The notes under the pieces are model-generated. The model saw only the letters and a program-made list of their open reading frames with translations, did not search any database and was not told where the DNA came from. Both the position numbers and the translations under genes were made by a program. Positions 50,116 to 64,000 of a DNA stretch of 64,000 bases are shown here, one piece after another. Position 1 is the first letter of the stretch. The number at the start of each line of letters is the position of its first letter. The DNA is from an uncultured Gemmatimonadales bacterium (lineage in GTDB: Bacteria; Gemmatimonadota; Gemmatimonadetes; Gemmatimonadales; GWC2-71-9). The DNA lies in the NCBI GenBank assembly GCA_963844035.1, contig CAWJMT010000012.1, positions 32,001-96,000 on the forward strand, given 5' to 3'.

Positions 50116-51632
50116 AGCAACCGGTGGTCTGGGTCGGGCGCGCTCTCGCCGTGCTCGGCCTCGCCGCCATCGTTCCTCCGTTCCTGCACGCCTCGCAGTG
50201 GGCGGTGCTCGCCGCGATCGGGGGATTCCTCGCAGCCACCGGCCTGGTGCTCGCGCCCCTCGTCCGCGTCTGGCTCGCCGAGCGTCCGCTCGCCCGTCCG
50301 TCCGACTTCACGCACCTCCTGGACCTGTTGCGCCGCGCGCACGGCGGCCGCGCCGGCTGGCTCGTCGGACTGCCGGAGGGCGATGCGGAGGTCGCGGGCG
50401 ACGACGATCTCGGGAAGGACGTGCGACAGCGCGGCGAAGGACTGGTGCAGCTCGCGTCGATTGATGGTCGGGCCCACGTGGAGCGCGACCGCGCCGGCAC
50501 CTATGTGGCGGTGGGAGACTTTCCGATCGGCGCAGGCGTACTGCTCGCCCAGCCCGACGCGACACCGGCACAGGCCGCGGCGGTGGTGGAGGAGCTGCGA
50601 CGCGTGGTGGCGGCCATGCGGCTCAGCGGGCAGCCCGAGCACGGGGAGCCGGCGCAGCTGGTGGCGAAGCAGCTGGCGGTGATCGCGGGCGGCGCGATGA
50701 CCCTCGAAGGCGTGGCGAAGGCGGGGGTCGAGCTGGCGCAGCAGTTCACGCACCAGGGGGCGGTCATCGTGCTTCAGGCCGTGGATCCGAAGCAGGCGAT
50801 TCACGTGTTCGCGGTGTCGACGGGCGCGGACAAGCGGCTGATGTCGTTGGCGGTTCCCGACAATTCGCCGGTGGCGCGCGCCATTCACTCGGGGTTGCGC
50901 GTCGTGTCGCATGGGGAAGAGGACGTGTTTGGTGCCACGATCGCCGACCGGCGGCGGCGCGAGCGGGCGGGGACCGCCTACCCCCTGATGGACGGCCATT
51001 TCGCGATCGGCGCGCTGGTCATCACGGGACCCCCGGCCGACCCCGACAGTCTCCTCGCCGAGCAGTTGGACCGCCTGGTCCTGGAGTTGGGCTCGCGCCT
51101 CGCTGCTGCCCGGGCGGTGTACGAAGCGGAGCAGCGTGCGGTGGTGGATGTGCTCACCGGGCTCCGCAATCGCCGTGAGCTGGAACGCCGCATCAGCCGG
51201 CATCGTTCGCTCGAGGGGCCGCGGCAGGCGTCGCTCATCTACCTCGACCTGGACCGGTTCAAGATGCTGAACGACACGCTGGGTCACGCGGCCGGCGATG
51301 CGGCGTTGCGACACATCGCCGCGATTCTTCTGTCGGCAGTGCGAGATCGCGACTTGGCCGCGCGCATCGGCGGGGAAGAGTTTGCGGTGTGGATGCCCGA
51401 GACGCCGCTCGCGGAGGGGCTCGACGTTGCTGAGCGCATCCGCCGCGCCATCGAGACGACCACGTGGCGCTGGAACGGCGAGCCGTACCCGATCACCGCG
51501 TCGTGCGGCGTGGCGGCCTACCCTGAAAGTGTCTCCGACATCAACAACTTGCGCGGCGCTGCGGACGCGGCGCTGTACCGCGCCAAGGAGGCGGGCCGCA
51601 ATCGAGTTGAAAAAGCTACGGCGGGCGGCTAG
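50112..51632 (+). CDS. Membrane-anchored diguanylate cyclase
   Basis: Two N-terminal TM helices, a GAF-like middle region, DVLTGLRNRR, DLDRFK..ND..GH..GD, RIGGEEF. Confidence 0.92.
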   Translation: MKQPVVWVGRALAVLGLAAIVPPFLHASQWAVLAAIGGFLAATGLVLAPLVRVWLAERPLARPSDFTHLLDLLRRAHGGRAGWLVGLPEGDAEVAGDDDLGKDVRQRGEGLVQLASIDGRAHVERDRAGTYVAVGDFPIGAGVLLAQPDATPAQAAAVVEELRRVVAAMRLSGQPEHGEPAQLVAKQLAVIAGGAMTLEGVAKAGVELAQQFTHQGAVIVLQAVDPKQAIHVFAVSTGADKRLMSLAVPDNSPVARAIHSGLRVVSHGEEDVFGATIADRRRRERAGTAYPLMDGHFAIGALVITGPPADPDSLLAEQLDRLVLELGSRLAAARAVYEAEQRAVVDVLTGLRNRRELERRISRHRSLEGPRQASLIYLDLDRFKMLNDTLGHAAGDAALRHIAAILLSAVRDRDLAARIGGEEFAVWMPETPLAEGLDVAERIRRAIETTTWRWNGEPYPITASCGVAAYPESVSDINNLRGAADAALYRAKEAGRNRVEKATAGG

Positions 51633-51652
51633 GTTGCGCTCGGTATCACTTT

Positions 51653-52013
51653 GGGGGCGACAGGCTTCGACGGGTTTGGCGATGGTATCGTTGCGTGCCC
51701 AGGTTCTCAGTCACCTGGTATAAACCACTGGGAAATTATTAACTGCCAATTCAAACCTGGCACTGGCTGCGTAAGCTTTTAGCTTCACGCACCTGCGTGA
51801 GTGGCAGCCCGCCTGAGGCGGCGCTCACGTATCGCAAAGTCGGGCTGGCGTAACCCGGGGTCTCAACGGGTTGCGTAAGAGTCAGGTAGAGGCTGGTCGC
51901 TGCCAGGGCTGACGATGCGCCGAGGTGGCGAGAACACAAGAAAGCGTCGTCTACGCACGTAGTAGCGCTATCGGAGTCTCTCTCGGACCGGGGTTCGATT
52001 CCCCGCGCCTCCA
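51653..52013 (+). ncRNA. ssrA: tmRNA, tag peptide ANSNLALAA at 51745-51774
   Basis: 5' GGGGGCGACAGGCTTCGAC, 3' GGTTCGATTCCCCGCGCCTCCA, acceptor stem GGGGGCG/CGCCTCC with G.U pair, tag ending LAA*. Confidence 0.96.
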
Positions 52014-52023
52014 TGCAGACGAC

Positions 52024-52073
52024 GGGAAGAGGGACGGGGGAAGGGTGCCATCGGCGCTCTTCCCCCGTTTCAT
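52024..52073. repeat. 7-bp GGGA(A/C)GN array with partial inverted arm after tmRNA
   Basis: GGGAAGA GGGACGG GGGAAGG ... CTCTTCCCCCGTTTC. Confidence 0.7.
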
Positions 52074-52152
52074 GTTGCGTCGGTCCATGAGGCGGTCCGC
52101 CGGGGTAGAGAGGCTGTGGTCATCCTGCCTTTCCCGTACCTCGGAGGAACCT

Positions 52153-52482
52153 ATGCGCAGATTCGCCTATCCCTTCCTGCTCATGTTGGCCCTCACGCTC
52201 CCCGCGCTGGCCTGCGGGGATGACGAAACGTCAGCGGTGAGCGTCAAGGACGACTCGTTCGACCCGACCAGCAAGACGGTCAGTGTCGGAGCGAGCGTGT
52301 CCTGGCAGTGGACGGGCACCCATCAGCACAATGTCACGTGGGTCGTCGCGAGCACAAACTCCGCTACGCAGACGACCGGCACCTTCATGCGCACGTTCAG
52401 CACCGCGGGTTCGTATGTCTACTACTGCACGATTCATGGCACGCCTACGGGCGGCATGATGGGGACGATCGTCGTACAGTAG
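52153..52482 (+). CDS. Cupredoxin/plastocyanin-like lipoprotein
   Basis: GGAGG RBS, lipobox ALAC, HNV...YYCTIH...MMG type-1 copper ligands. Confidence 0.85.
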   Translation: MRRFAYPFLLMLALTLPALACGDDETSAVSVKDDSFDPTSKTVSVGASVSWQWTGTHQHNVTWVVASTNSATQTTGTFMRTFSTAGSYVYYCTIHGTPTGGMMGTIVVQ

Positions 52483-52547
52483 GATGGAGATGGGAGTGGG
52501 ATAGGGGACGAGTGGTCCTGCCGCTCTTCCCCTGTTTCATTTGTGCG

Positions 52548-52739
52548 ATGCGCCCACCCCTTCCCCCACCGCGCCGCGCGCGCGAGCGGCACCCGCTGGT
52601 CTACTTCGCGGGCCTCAGTTTGTTATTCGCGATTATCGCCCTATTGGCGCGGTTCGATTTTGTATTCGTCGCCGGTGGAGCACTCGGGGCGGTCATCCTG
52701 GCCGTTGCCGCCATCGTCATCGCATTGCGGCGTGGGTGA
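52548..52739 (+). CDS. Small two-TM membrane protein
   Basis: 63 aa with two hydrophobic segments. Confidence 0.5.
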   Translation: MRPPLPPPRRARERHPLVYFAGLSLLFAIIALLARFDFVFVAGGALGAVILAVAAIVIALRRG

Positions 52740-52797
52740 GCAAGGCGTTTCACTCCCGCATCTACCATCGATCCATTAGAGTAGTTGCGTAGAGTAG

Positions 52798-55023
<2,226 letters not shown>

Positions 55024-55031
55024 TTGCGGCC

Positions 55032-56431
55032 CTACGAGATGGCGACCAACACCGGCTCGGCGTGTCTCGCGTCGGCGGCTCCGCCGGGGATCTCGGTGGG
55101 ATACTCGCCGGAGAAGCAGGCATGACAGAACTCGGCCGGATCGCCTCCCGCCGAGCGCAGCATCCCGTCGAGCGACAGATAGCCGAGGCGTGTCCACACC
55201 CAGGTGGCGGCGGATTTCCTCGACGCTGTGGTTCGAGCCGATCAGCTCGCTCTTCGTGGGGGTGTCGATGCCGTAGTAACACGGCCCGGTGATCGGTGGC
55301 GACGCGACCCGGAGGTGGACCTCTTTCGCGCCGGCCTGGCGGATCAGCTGCACCAGTGCCTTGCTGGTGGTGCCGCGCACGATCGAGTCGTCCACCACCA
55401 CGACCTTCTGTCCCTCCAGCACCTCTCGCACCGGATTGAACTTGATCTTCACCCGGGCGGTGCGGCCCGCCTGCAGCGGCTGGATGAACGTGCGGCCGAC
55501 GTAGTGGTTACGAATCAGCGCATGCTCGAGCTTCACGCCGGAGGCCTCCGAGTACCCGAGCGCCATCGCATTGGAGGAGTCGGGCACGGAGAAGACGCAG
55601 TCGGCGTCGGGCGCCGGATGCTCCCGCGCCAGCTCGCGGCCCAGGGCACGCCGCACGCGCGTCCACGGAGCGGGTGAACACGCGGCTGTCGGGACGGGAG
55701 AAGTAGACCAGCTCGAACACGCAGCGCCGATGCGGCTTGGGGGCGAGCGGGGGCAGCCGGTCCACCGTGTTTCCCTGGATGCGGAGGAAATCCCCGGGCT
55801 CGAGCTCGCGTACCAGCGTAGCGCCCATGATGTCGAGCGCGCACGTCTCCGAGGCGACCACCCACCCGTCGCCCAGGCGGCCGAGGACGAGCGGGCGAAA
55901 GCCGCGCGGGTCCACGACGGCGTACAGGGTGCGGCCGATCGTGATCACGAGGGAGTAGGCGCCCTCGACGCGCTCCAACGCGTCGAGCAGCTGATCCTCG
56001 GGCTCCCGCGCTTCCGACCGGGCGATCAGGTGGAGCAGCACCTCGGTGTCCGAGGAGCTTTGGAAGATCGAACCCTTGTTGACGAGGTCGGCGCGGAGCT
56101 GGACGGCGTTGGTGAGGTTGCCGTTGTGGCCGAGGGCGAGCGGACCCTCGCGGTAGCGGGCGAGCATCGGCTGGGCGTTGGCGAGCACCGATGTGCCGGC
56201 GGTGGAGTAGCGCGTGTGACCGATCGCGACGTCGCCCCGCAGCCCGGCGAGCGCTGCCTCGCTGAACGCGTCGGACACGAGGCCCATACCGCGATGCGAG
56301 CGGGCGACACCCTCACCGTCGACGGCGACGATGCCCGCCGCCTCCTGGCCGCGGTGTTGCAGGCTGTACAACCCGAGGTATACCTGTCGGGCTGCGTCGG
56401 GAACGGCGGTGACTCCGATGATGCCACACAT
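55032..56431 (-). CDS. purF: Amidophosphoribosyltransferase (frameshifts near 55660 and 55190)
   Basis: MCGIIG, QHRGQE, GHTRYST, HNGNLTN, VVVDDSIVRGTT. Confidence 0.96.
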
Positions 56432-56437
56432 CGTGCT

Positions 56438-58710
<2,273 letters not shown>

Positions 58711-58711
<1 letters not shown>

Positions 58712-59359
58712 TACGGTGCGGTCTGCAGCGTGTCTGAGCGTCATCGGCACGGTGTCCGGAAGCATCGGGACGGTGTCGGGCAGCATCGGCACCGTGTCGG
58801 GCTCTGTCATCTCGAGGGGGGTCCCCCCCAGCTGCCCGTCATGCCTGCCGCCACTCGGGGAGCTGGATTGACCGCCGTATCCGTGACCGGGCCAGCGAAC
58901 CACGGCGTCAGTCACTTGACCGTTCTGTAAGGTCACGAGATCCAGATGCCCGCAGCTGTGTTCGCAGCCATTCGGGAAATAGAGGTAGGTGAACGCGCCC
59001 GTGCGGCGGACCGCGACCGGCGCTCCCCACAGTGAGTACACGTCGCGCTCCGCCATGCCCGGAAAGATCGTTCCCGTGTCCTGTGACACGTACGGGACAT
59101 CCCGCACGCGTGGAGGATTCGCGACCTCCTGGACGGGCGGCGGCTCCGGGGGCGGGGGGGCGGGAGCGGGCGTTGGAGCCGGCGCTGGGGCCGCAGGTGC
59201 TGCGGCGACGGGCGCCTTCTTGTGGAAGAAGCGCTCGCGCAACGTTGCAATCTTGCCCTTCACGGTGGTGCCGAACGTCGCGGCTTGGTCCTTGACCTTG
59301 TCACACCCGAAGGTGGTGGTCACCAACAGCGCGCACATCCACAGCGTGCTGCGTCGCAT
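58711..59359 (-). CDS. Hypothetical lipoprotein with Pro-rich linker (appears fused to purL through a probable indel near 58738)
   Basis: [27 protein letters not shown] lipobox, TAG overlapping the purL GTG. Confidence 0.7.
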
Positions 59360-60017
59360 TGCCAGCCTCCATCGATTGAAAGACACGGGCTCCGTCATCG
59401 CCGCCAAGAGCCGGAGCCGTGCGGCGCTCCGGGTGGGGCATGATGCCTACCACGTTGCGGCCGGCATTGCAGATGCCGGCGATATCGTTGGTCGATCCGT
59501 TGGGATTGTCGCGGACGTAACGCCAGACCACCTGGTCCTGCGCTTCGAGGTCGGCCGCGGTGCGTGGGTCCGCCACGAACCGGCCGTCGCCGTGCGCGAT
59601 GGGGATCTCGATGACCTCGTCCTGCTCGTACAGGCGGGTGAAGGGTGTCTCCACGGTCTCGACGCGGACCGACACGGGGCGCGAGAGAAACCGCAGCCGC
59701 GCGTTGCGCATCAGCGCGCCGGGAAGCAATCCGGCTTCACACAGCGTCTGGAACCCGTTGCAGATGCCCAGCACCGCGCCTCCCGCCTGCGCGTGGGCGT
59801 TCACCGCCGCCATGATGGGCGAGAATCGGGCGATCGCACCGGAGCGGAGGTAGTCGCCGTAGCTGAACCCGCCTGGCAGGATCACGACGTCCGCCTGGCG
59901 GAGGTCCGTCTCCCGGTGCCACACGGCGTAGGCGTCCGATCCCGCGGCGCGGGCGGCCGCGATCGTATCGGTGTCGCAGTTCGACCCGGGGAAGACGACC
60001 ACCGCGACGCGGCGCAT
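59301..60017 (-). CDS. purQ: FGAM synthase subunit PurQ
   Basis: [31 protein letters not shown]. Confidence 0.96.
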   Translation of the reverse strand: MRRVAVVVFPGSNCDTDTIAAARAAGSDAYAVWHRETDLRQADVVILPGGFSYGDYLRSGAIARFSPIMAAVNAHAQAGGAVLGICNGFQTLCEAGLLPGALMRNARLRFLSRPVSVRVETVETPFTRLYEQDEVIEIPIAHGDGRFVADPRTAADLEAQDQVVWRYVRDNPNGSTNDIAGICNAGRNVVGIMPHPERRTAPALGGDDGARVFQSMEAGNATQHAVDVRAVGDHHLRV

Positions 60018-60271
60018 CAGCCGGTCCTCACGGCCACGTCGAAATCCTCGGTGACCGGGTTGGCGAGCAGCCGGTCGCACATCACGCGCGCCTGTGCCGC
60101 CGCCGCTTCGCTGCTCGCCGCATCGAGATCGAGCACGAGGTGCTTGCCCACGCGGACCTTGGCCACGTCTTTGAACCCGAGCGCGTGCAGCGCGTGCTCG
60201 ACGGCCTGCCCCTGGGGATCGAGCAGCGCGGCGCGGGGCATCACGCGGATCTCCACCCGATAGGCGGTCAT
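60017..60271 (-). CDS. purS: FGAM synthase subunit PurS
   Basis: LDPQG...VRVGK...LLANPVTEDF. Confidence 0.95.
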   Translation of the reverse strand: MTAYRVEIRVMPRAALLDPQGQAVEHALHALGFKDVAKVRVGKHLVLDLDAASSEAAAAQARVMCDRLLANPVTEDFDVAVRTG

Positions 60272-61104
60272 CCTGCGGCTCCGCCGCGCGGGACGTCTTG
60301 ATCGCCGTCGTCGTCGCCGTCGGCGATCATGATCGGTCCCGAGTCTTCATCCTCGTCTTCGGATTCGCTCACCAGTCCGAGCACGAAGGCCCGGATCACG
60401 CCGTACGCCATGTATGCGATTCCCAAAGGAAAGAAGAAAACGTCGTGCTCCCAGATCCCGAACGCCGCGATACAGAGTATCGTCGCCAGCCCCAGGGCGC
60501 CCCGCAGTGAGCGCGTGCTGGCATGCGGCAGCGCGGCATACTGGACGCTGCTCACCATGAGCATCGCCAGGAGGATCATCAGGAGTTGGAGGAGATGGTG
60601 CCAGGGGAGGCCGCGGAGCGCATTCTGGTACAGGTCGCTTTGCGTGAACGGATAGTACGTCGCGAGGGTCATCCCGGCGGCCGGCGACGGCAGCCCGATG
60701 AACGAATGCTTCGCCTTTCCCGCCGAAGCGACGTTGAAACGCGCGAGTCGGATCGCGGCGGCCATGACGTAAAAGTAGCAGAAGATCCATTCCGCCTGGC
60801 CGGCGCTGCCGAAGGCCAGCATGTACATCAAGAACGCGGGCGCCACGCCGAAGCTCACGATGTCGACCAGGCTGTCCAGCTCTTCGCCGAACCGCGATCC
60901 GGTATTCGACAAGCGCGCGATGCGGCCGTCCAGCGTATCGAGGATGCCGGCGAATACGATGTACCACCCTGCGCGATAGAACTCGCCGCGGGAGGCTTGC
61001 ACCATCGACCAGATTCCAAAGAACAAGTTGAAAAGCGTGAACAAGCTCGGCACCACCACCACCACGCGGCGCATGTTCGGACGCGGCAACCGCGGCCGCA
61101 TCAC
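60268..61104 (-). CDS. pssA: CDP-diacylglycerol--serine O-phosphatidyltransferase
   Basis: DTLDGRIAR...GEELDSLVDIVSFGVAP, RLARFN, FIGLPSP. Confidence 0.93.
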   Translation of the reverse strand: MMRPRLPRPNMRRVVVVVPSLFTLFNLFFGIWSMVQASRGEFYRAGWYIVFAGILDTLDGRIARLSNTGSRFGEELDSLVDIVSFGVAPAFLMYMLAFGSAGQAEWIFCYFYVMAAAIRLARFNVASAGKAKHSFIGLPSPAAGMTLATYYPFTQSDLYQNALRGLPWHHLLQLLMILLAMLMVSSVQYAALPHASTRSLRGALGLATILCIAAFGIWEHDVFFFPLGIAYMAYGVIRAFVLGLVSESEDEDEDSGPIMIADGDDDGDQDVPRGGAAG

Positions 61105-61754
61105 TCCGGGTACTCCGCCAGCACTGAGGCGCCCACGCGCACCCGGTCGCCCACCGCGACGCGGACCGTGTGCCGGCTGGTGTGGGGCAGGAACACGTCC
61201 ACCCGCGAGCCGAACCGGATCATGCCGAGGCGGGCGCCCTGCGCGGCGGGATCGCCCACCTTGCTGTCGGTCACGATGCGGCGCGCGATGAGGCCGGCGA
61301 TCTGGCGCACGAGCAGCGGGCCGTGCGCGCCGCGGATGCCGACCGAGGACTGCTCGTTCTCGAGGCTGGCTTTATCGGACGCGGCGTGCAAGAACAAGCC
61401 GGCGTTGTAATGCGTCAGCTCGACCTGTCCCGAGATCGGGTACCGGTTCACGTGTACGTCGAACACGTTCATGAAGATCGAAATGCGCGTTGCCTCCGCC
61501 TTCAAGTACATCGGCTCATGCACCGACGCGACCTCTACGATCCTGCCGTCCGCCGGCGAAATGACCATCCCAGGGCCCCGTGGACCCGCGAACAGCGGAT
61601 CGCGGAAGAACACGAGCAGCCATATCGCGACGGCGAGTGCGGGCGCTTCCGCCAGCCAGAACCAGGGCCCGTGGCGAGCCACCGCCCAGGCGCCCACGCC
61701 CGCGAGCGCCCATCCCGTGAGGATGAAGGGCCAGCCTTCCGGCGCCAACCTCAC
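61101..61754 (-). CDS. psd: Phosphatidylserine decarboxylase proenzyme
   Basis: [40 protein letters not shown]. Confidence 0.94.
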   Translation of the reverse strand: MRLAPEGWPFILTGWALAGVGAWAVARHGPWFWLAEAPALAVAIWLLVFFRDPLFAGPRGPGMVISPADGRIVEVASVHEPMYLKAEATRISIFMNVFDVHVNRYPISGQVELTHYNAGLFLHAASDKASLENEQSSVGIRGAHGPLLVRQIAGLIARRIVTDSKVGDPAAQGARLGMIRFGSRVDVFLPHTSRHTVRVAVGDRVRVGASVLAEYPE

Positions 61755-62677
61755 CGCGCGCGGGCATTCAGGACATGCCCCGTAATCAGCCGATACGCGT
61801 CGCGATAGCGCACGCTGGTGGCTTGAACGACCTCGGCGGGCAGCGGCGGCGGCGGTGCATCGCCGTTCCATTCTCCGCGACGCTTTACGCCCGCCAGATA
61901 GTCCCGCAGCGGCTGCTTGTCGAAACTGGGCTGGCTCCGTCCCGCCTGGTATCGGTCGGCGGGCCAGAACCGTGACGAATCGGGCGTGAGGATCTCGTCG
62001 ATCACGAGCAGGGTGCCGTCGCGCGCAGTGCCGAATTCGAACTTCGTGTCCGCGATGATGATGCCCCGCGGCCCCGCATAGGCCCGGCCCGCTTCATACA
62101 GCGCGAGGCTCGCCTGGCGGAGCCGCTCGGCCATGGGGCGTCCCAGTGCCTGGGCGACGTGCGCGAAGGTGACGTTCTCGTCGTGACCCGTTTCGGCCTT
62201 GGTCGCGGGAGAGAAAATGGCGGGCTCGAGCCGCGCGCTCTCGGTCAGGCCGGCGGGCAGGCGCTCGCCCGCCAGCGTCCCCGATTTCTCGTACTCCGCC
62301 CACGCCGAACCCGTGATGTATCCCCGGACGACGCATTCGAACGGCACCGGCGTGGTCCGGCGCGCGAGCATGGCGCGGCCGGTGAGCATGGCGCGCGCGC
62401 CCGCCACCGCGGGCACGCGCCGTACGATCTCGTCGGCGTCGGCGGTAATGAGGTGGCTCGGCATCACCGACTCCAGGCGCTCGAACCAGAACGCGCTCAG
62501 CTGGGTGAGCACCGCGCCCTTGTGCGCTACCGGCTCGCGCATGACCACGTCGAACGCGCTCACGCGGTCGCTCGCTACGAGCAGCAACGTGTCCGCATCC
62601 ACCTCGTAAACCTCGCGAACCTTGCCGCGCCGCAGCAGCGGCAGGGGCAGAGCGCTGGCGACCAGGGGAGCGGTCAT
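61751..62677 (-). CDS. purC: SAICAR synthase
   Basis: [42 protein letters not shown]. Confidence 0.96.
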   Translation of the reverse strand: MTAPLVASALPLPLLRRGKVREVYEVDADTLLLVASDRVSAFDVVMREPVAHKGAVLTQLSAFWFERLESVMPSHLITADADEIVRRVPAVAGARAMLTGRAMLARRTTPVPFECVVRGYITGSAWAEYEKSGTLAGERLPAGLTESARLEPAIFSPATKAETGHDENVTFAHVAQALGRPMAERLRQASLALYEAGRAYAGPRGIIIADTKFEFGTARDGTLLVIDEILTPDSSRFWPADRYQAGRSQPSFDKQPLRDYLAGVKRRGEWNGDAPPPPLPAEVVQATSVRYRDAYRLITGHVLNARAR

Positions 62678-64000
62678 ACGTTCACCTCCGCGGCCACGGC
62701 GCTGGGCGCAACCGGCTCGATGCGGCGGAGCAGCGGCGGGAGCACGTGCGCGAGGAAGTCGTCCACCTGGCGCGGCGCCCGGCCCACGTAGCGCGACGGG
62801 TCCATCTCGTCCGGGAGGATGGTCACCTTGAGCGTCTTGAACGCCGGATCTTCGCTGAGCCGTGCCAGCAGCTGGTCAGCGGTACCGTGCTCGACCGCCG
62901 CGAGGCTGTGGACCCGGATCACCTCGTGCAGCCGCTGGCGATCGCCGCCCGCTTTTACCGCGCGCATCAGCAGACGCTCCGTGACGAGGAAGGGCAGCTG
63001 CGCTGCCACGTGGCGGGCGATTGCCGTTTCACGCACTTCGAGTCCGGCGGCGACATTGGTCGCCAGCACGAGAATGGCATCCGTCGCCAGGAATGCTTCG
63101 GGGATGGTGAGGCGCCGGTTCGCGCTGTCGTCGAGCGTGCGCTCCAGCCATTGCTCCGCCGCGGTGTGCCAGCCGTTCCCTTCGAGCTCGATGACGAAGC
63201 GCGCCAGACCCGTCATGCGCTCGGCGCGCATCGGGTTCCGTTTGAAGGGCATGGCGCTCGAGCCCACCTGCTCGGCCTCGAACGGCTCCAGCATCTCTCC
63301 TTCGTGCTGCAACAGCCGCAGGTCGGTCGCAAACTTGGCCGCGGTCGCCGCGATCCCCGCCAGCGCCGCCAGGATCTGCGCGTCGAGCTTGCGGGTGTAG
63401 GTCTGGCCCGTCACGGGAAACACTTTCGCGAATCCCATCTTGCGGGCCACGCGCGCATCGAGCTCCTGCACCTTCTCGTCCTGCTCGCCGAACAGCTCGA
63501 GGAAGCTGGCCTGGGTTCCGGTCGTTCCCTTGACGCCGCGGAACTGGAACGCGTCGAGCCGGTGCAGCAGCTCCTCCGCGTCGAGCAGGAAATCCTGCAT
63601 CCACAGCGTCACGCGTTTGCCCACCGTCGTGAGCTGGGCAGGCTGGAAGTGGGTGTAGGCGAGGCAGGGAACGGCGCGGTGGCGGCGCGCGACTTTCCCG
63701 AGTGCGACGAGGACCGCCGCCAGGCGGCCGAGCAGCAGCGTGAGCGCTTCGCGCATCACCAGCTGGTCGGCGTTGTCGGTGACGTAGGCGCTCGTCGCGC
63801 CGAGATGGAGGAACGGGCGGGCGGCAGGTGCCTGCTCGCCGAGGTGGTGGATGTGCGCCATCACGTCGTGACGCAGCCGCTTCTCGTGCTCGGCCGCGCG
63901 ATCGAGATCGGCGTCGTCCAAATGCGCGCGCAGCTCCGACAGAGCTGCGGGAGGAATGGCGAGGCCGAGCTCCTGCTCCGCTTCCATCAGCGCCAGCCAG
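62674..64000 (-). CDS. purB: Adenylosuccinate lyase (5' end outside the window)
   Basis: [31 protein letters not shown]. Confidence 0.95.
   Translation of the reverse strand, partial: WLALMEAEQELGLAIPPAALSELRAHLDDADLDRAAEHEKRLRHDVMAHIHHLGEQAPAARPFLHLGATSAYVTDNADQLVMREALTLLLGRLAAVLVALGKVARRHRAVPCLAYTHFQPAQLTTVGKRVTLWMQDFLLDAEELLHRLDAFQFRGVKGTTGTQASFLELFGEQDEKVQELDARVARKMGFAKVFPVTGQTYTRKLDAQILAALAGIAATAAKFATDLRLLQHEGEMLEPFEAEQVGSSAMPFKRNPMRAERMTGLARFVIELEGNGWHTAAEQWLERTLDDSANRRLTIPEAFLATDAILVLATNVAAGLEVRETAIARHVAAQLPFLVTERLLMRAVKAGGDRQRLHEVIRVHSLAAVEHGTADQLLARLSEDPAFKTLKVTILPDEMDPSRYVGRAPRQVDDFLAHVLPPLLRRIEPVAPSAVAAEVNV

Overview
High-GC bacterial chromosome segment, probably Gemmatimonadota (inferred from gene order, protein style and the tmRNA tag ANSNLALAA). 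It is mostly housekeeping genes: tyrA-aroA-cmk-rpsA, an acyl-CoA carboxylase cluster, rplM-rpsI-rpsB-tsf-pyrH-frr-uppS-cdsA-dxr-rseP, rpsO-pnp, ald-dut, mreBCD-mrdA-rodA, accD-folC-hisS-proS-lysA-guaA, dusB-larB-diguanylate cyclase, tmRNA, katG, and a minus-strand purB-purC-psd-pssA-purS-purQ-purL-purF cluster. Many essential genes carry single-base frameshifts, best explained as long-read assembly indels. The most unusual signal is a dispersed family of short degenerate 7-8 bp tandem-repeat arrays. One inverted pair brackets a stand-alone four-helix-bundle (23S rRNA IVS/Avd-like) gene. Empty inverted pairs sit after rpsA and rpsI. Single arms lie within the coding sequences of cmk, dxr, proS, accC and a hypothetical gene, often with locally atypical codon usage. 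Together they suggest an uncharacterised repeat-associated mobile or mutagenic system. Also notable: an RlmD-like protein lacking its catalytic Cys, embedded between accC and the biotin carrier gene; a duplicated dut 5' remnant; tandem zinc-ribbon paralogs; and a probable CTG start for folC.
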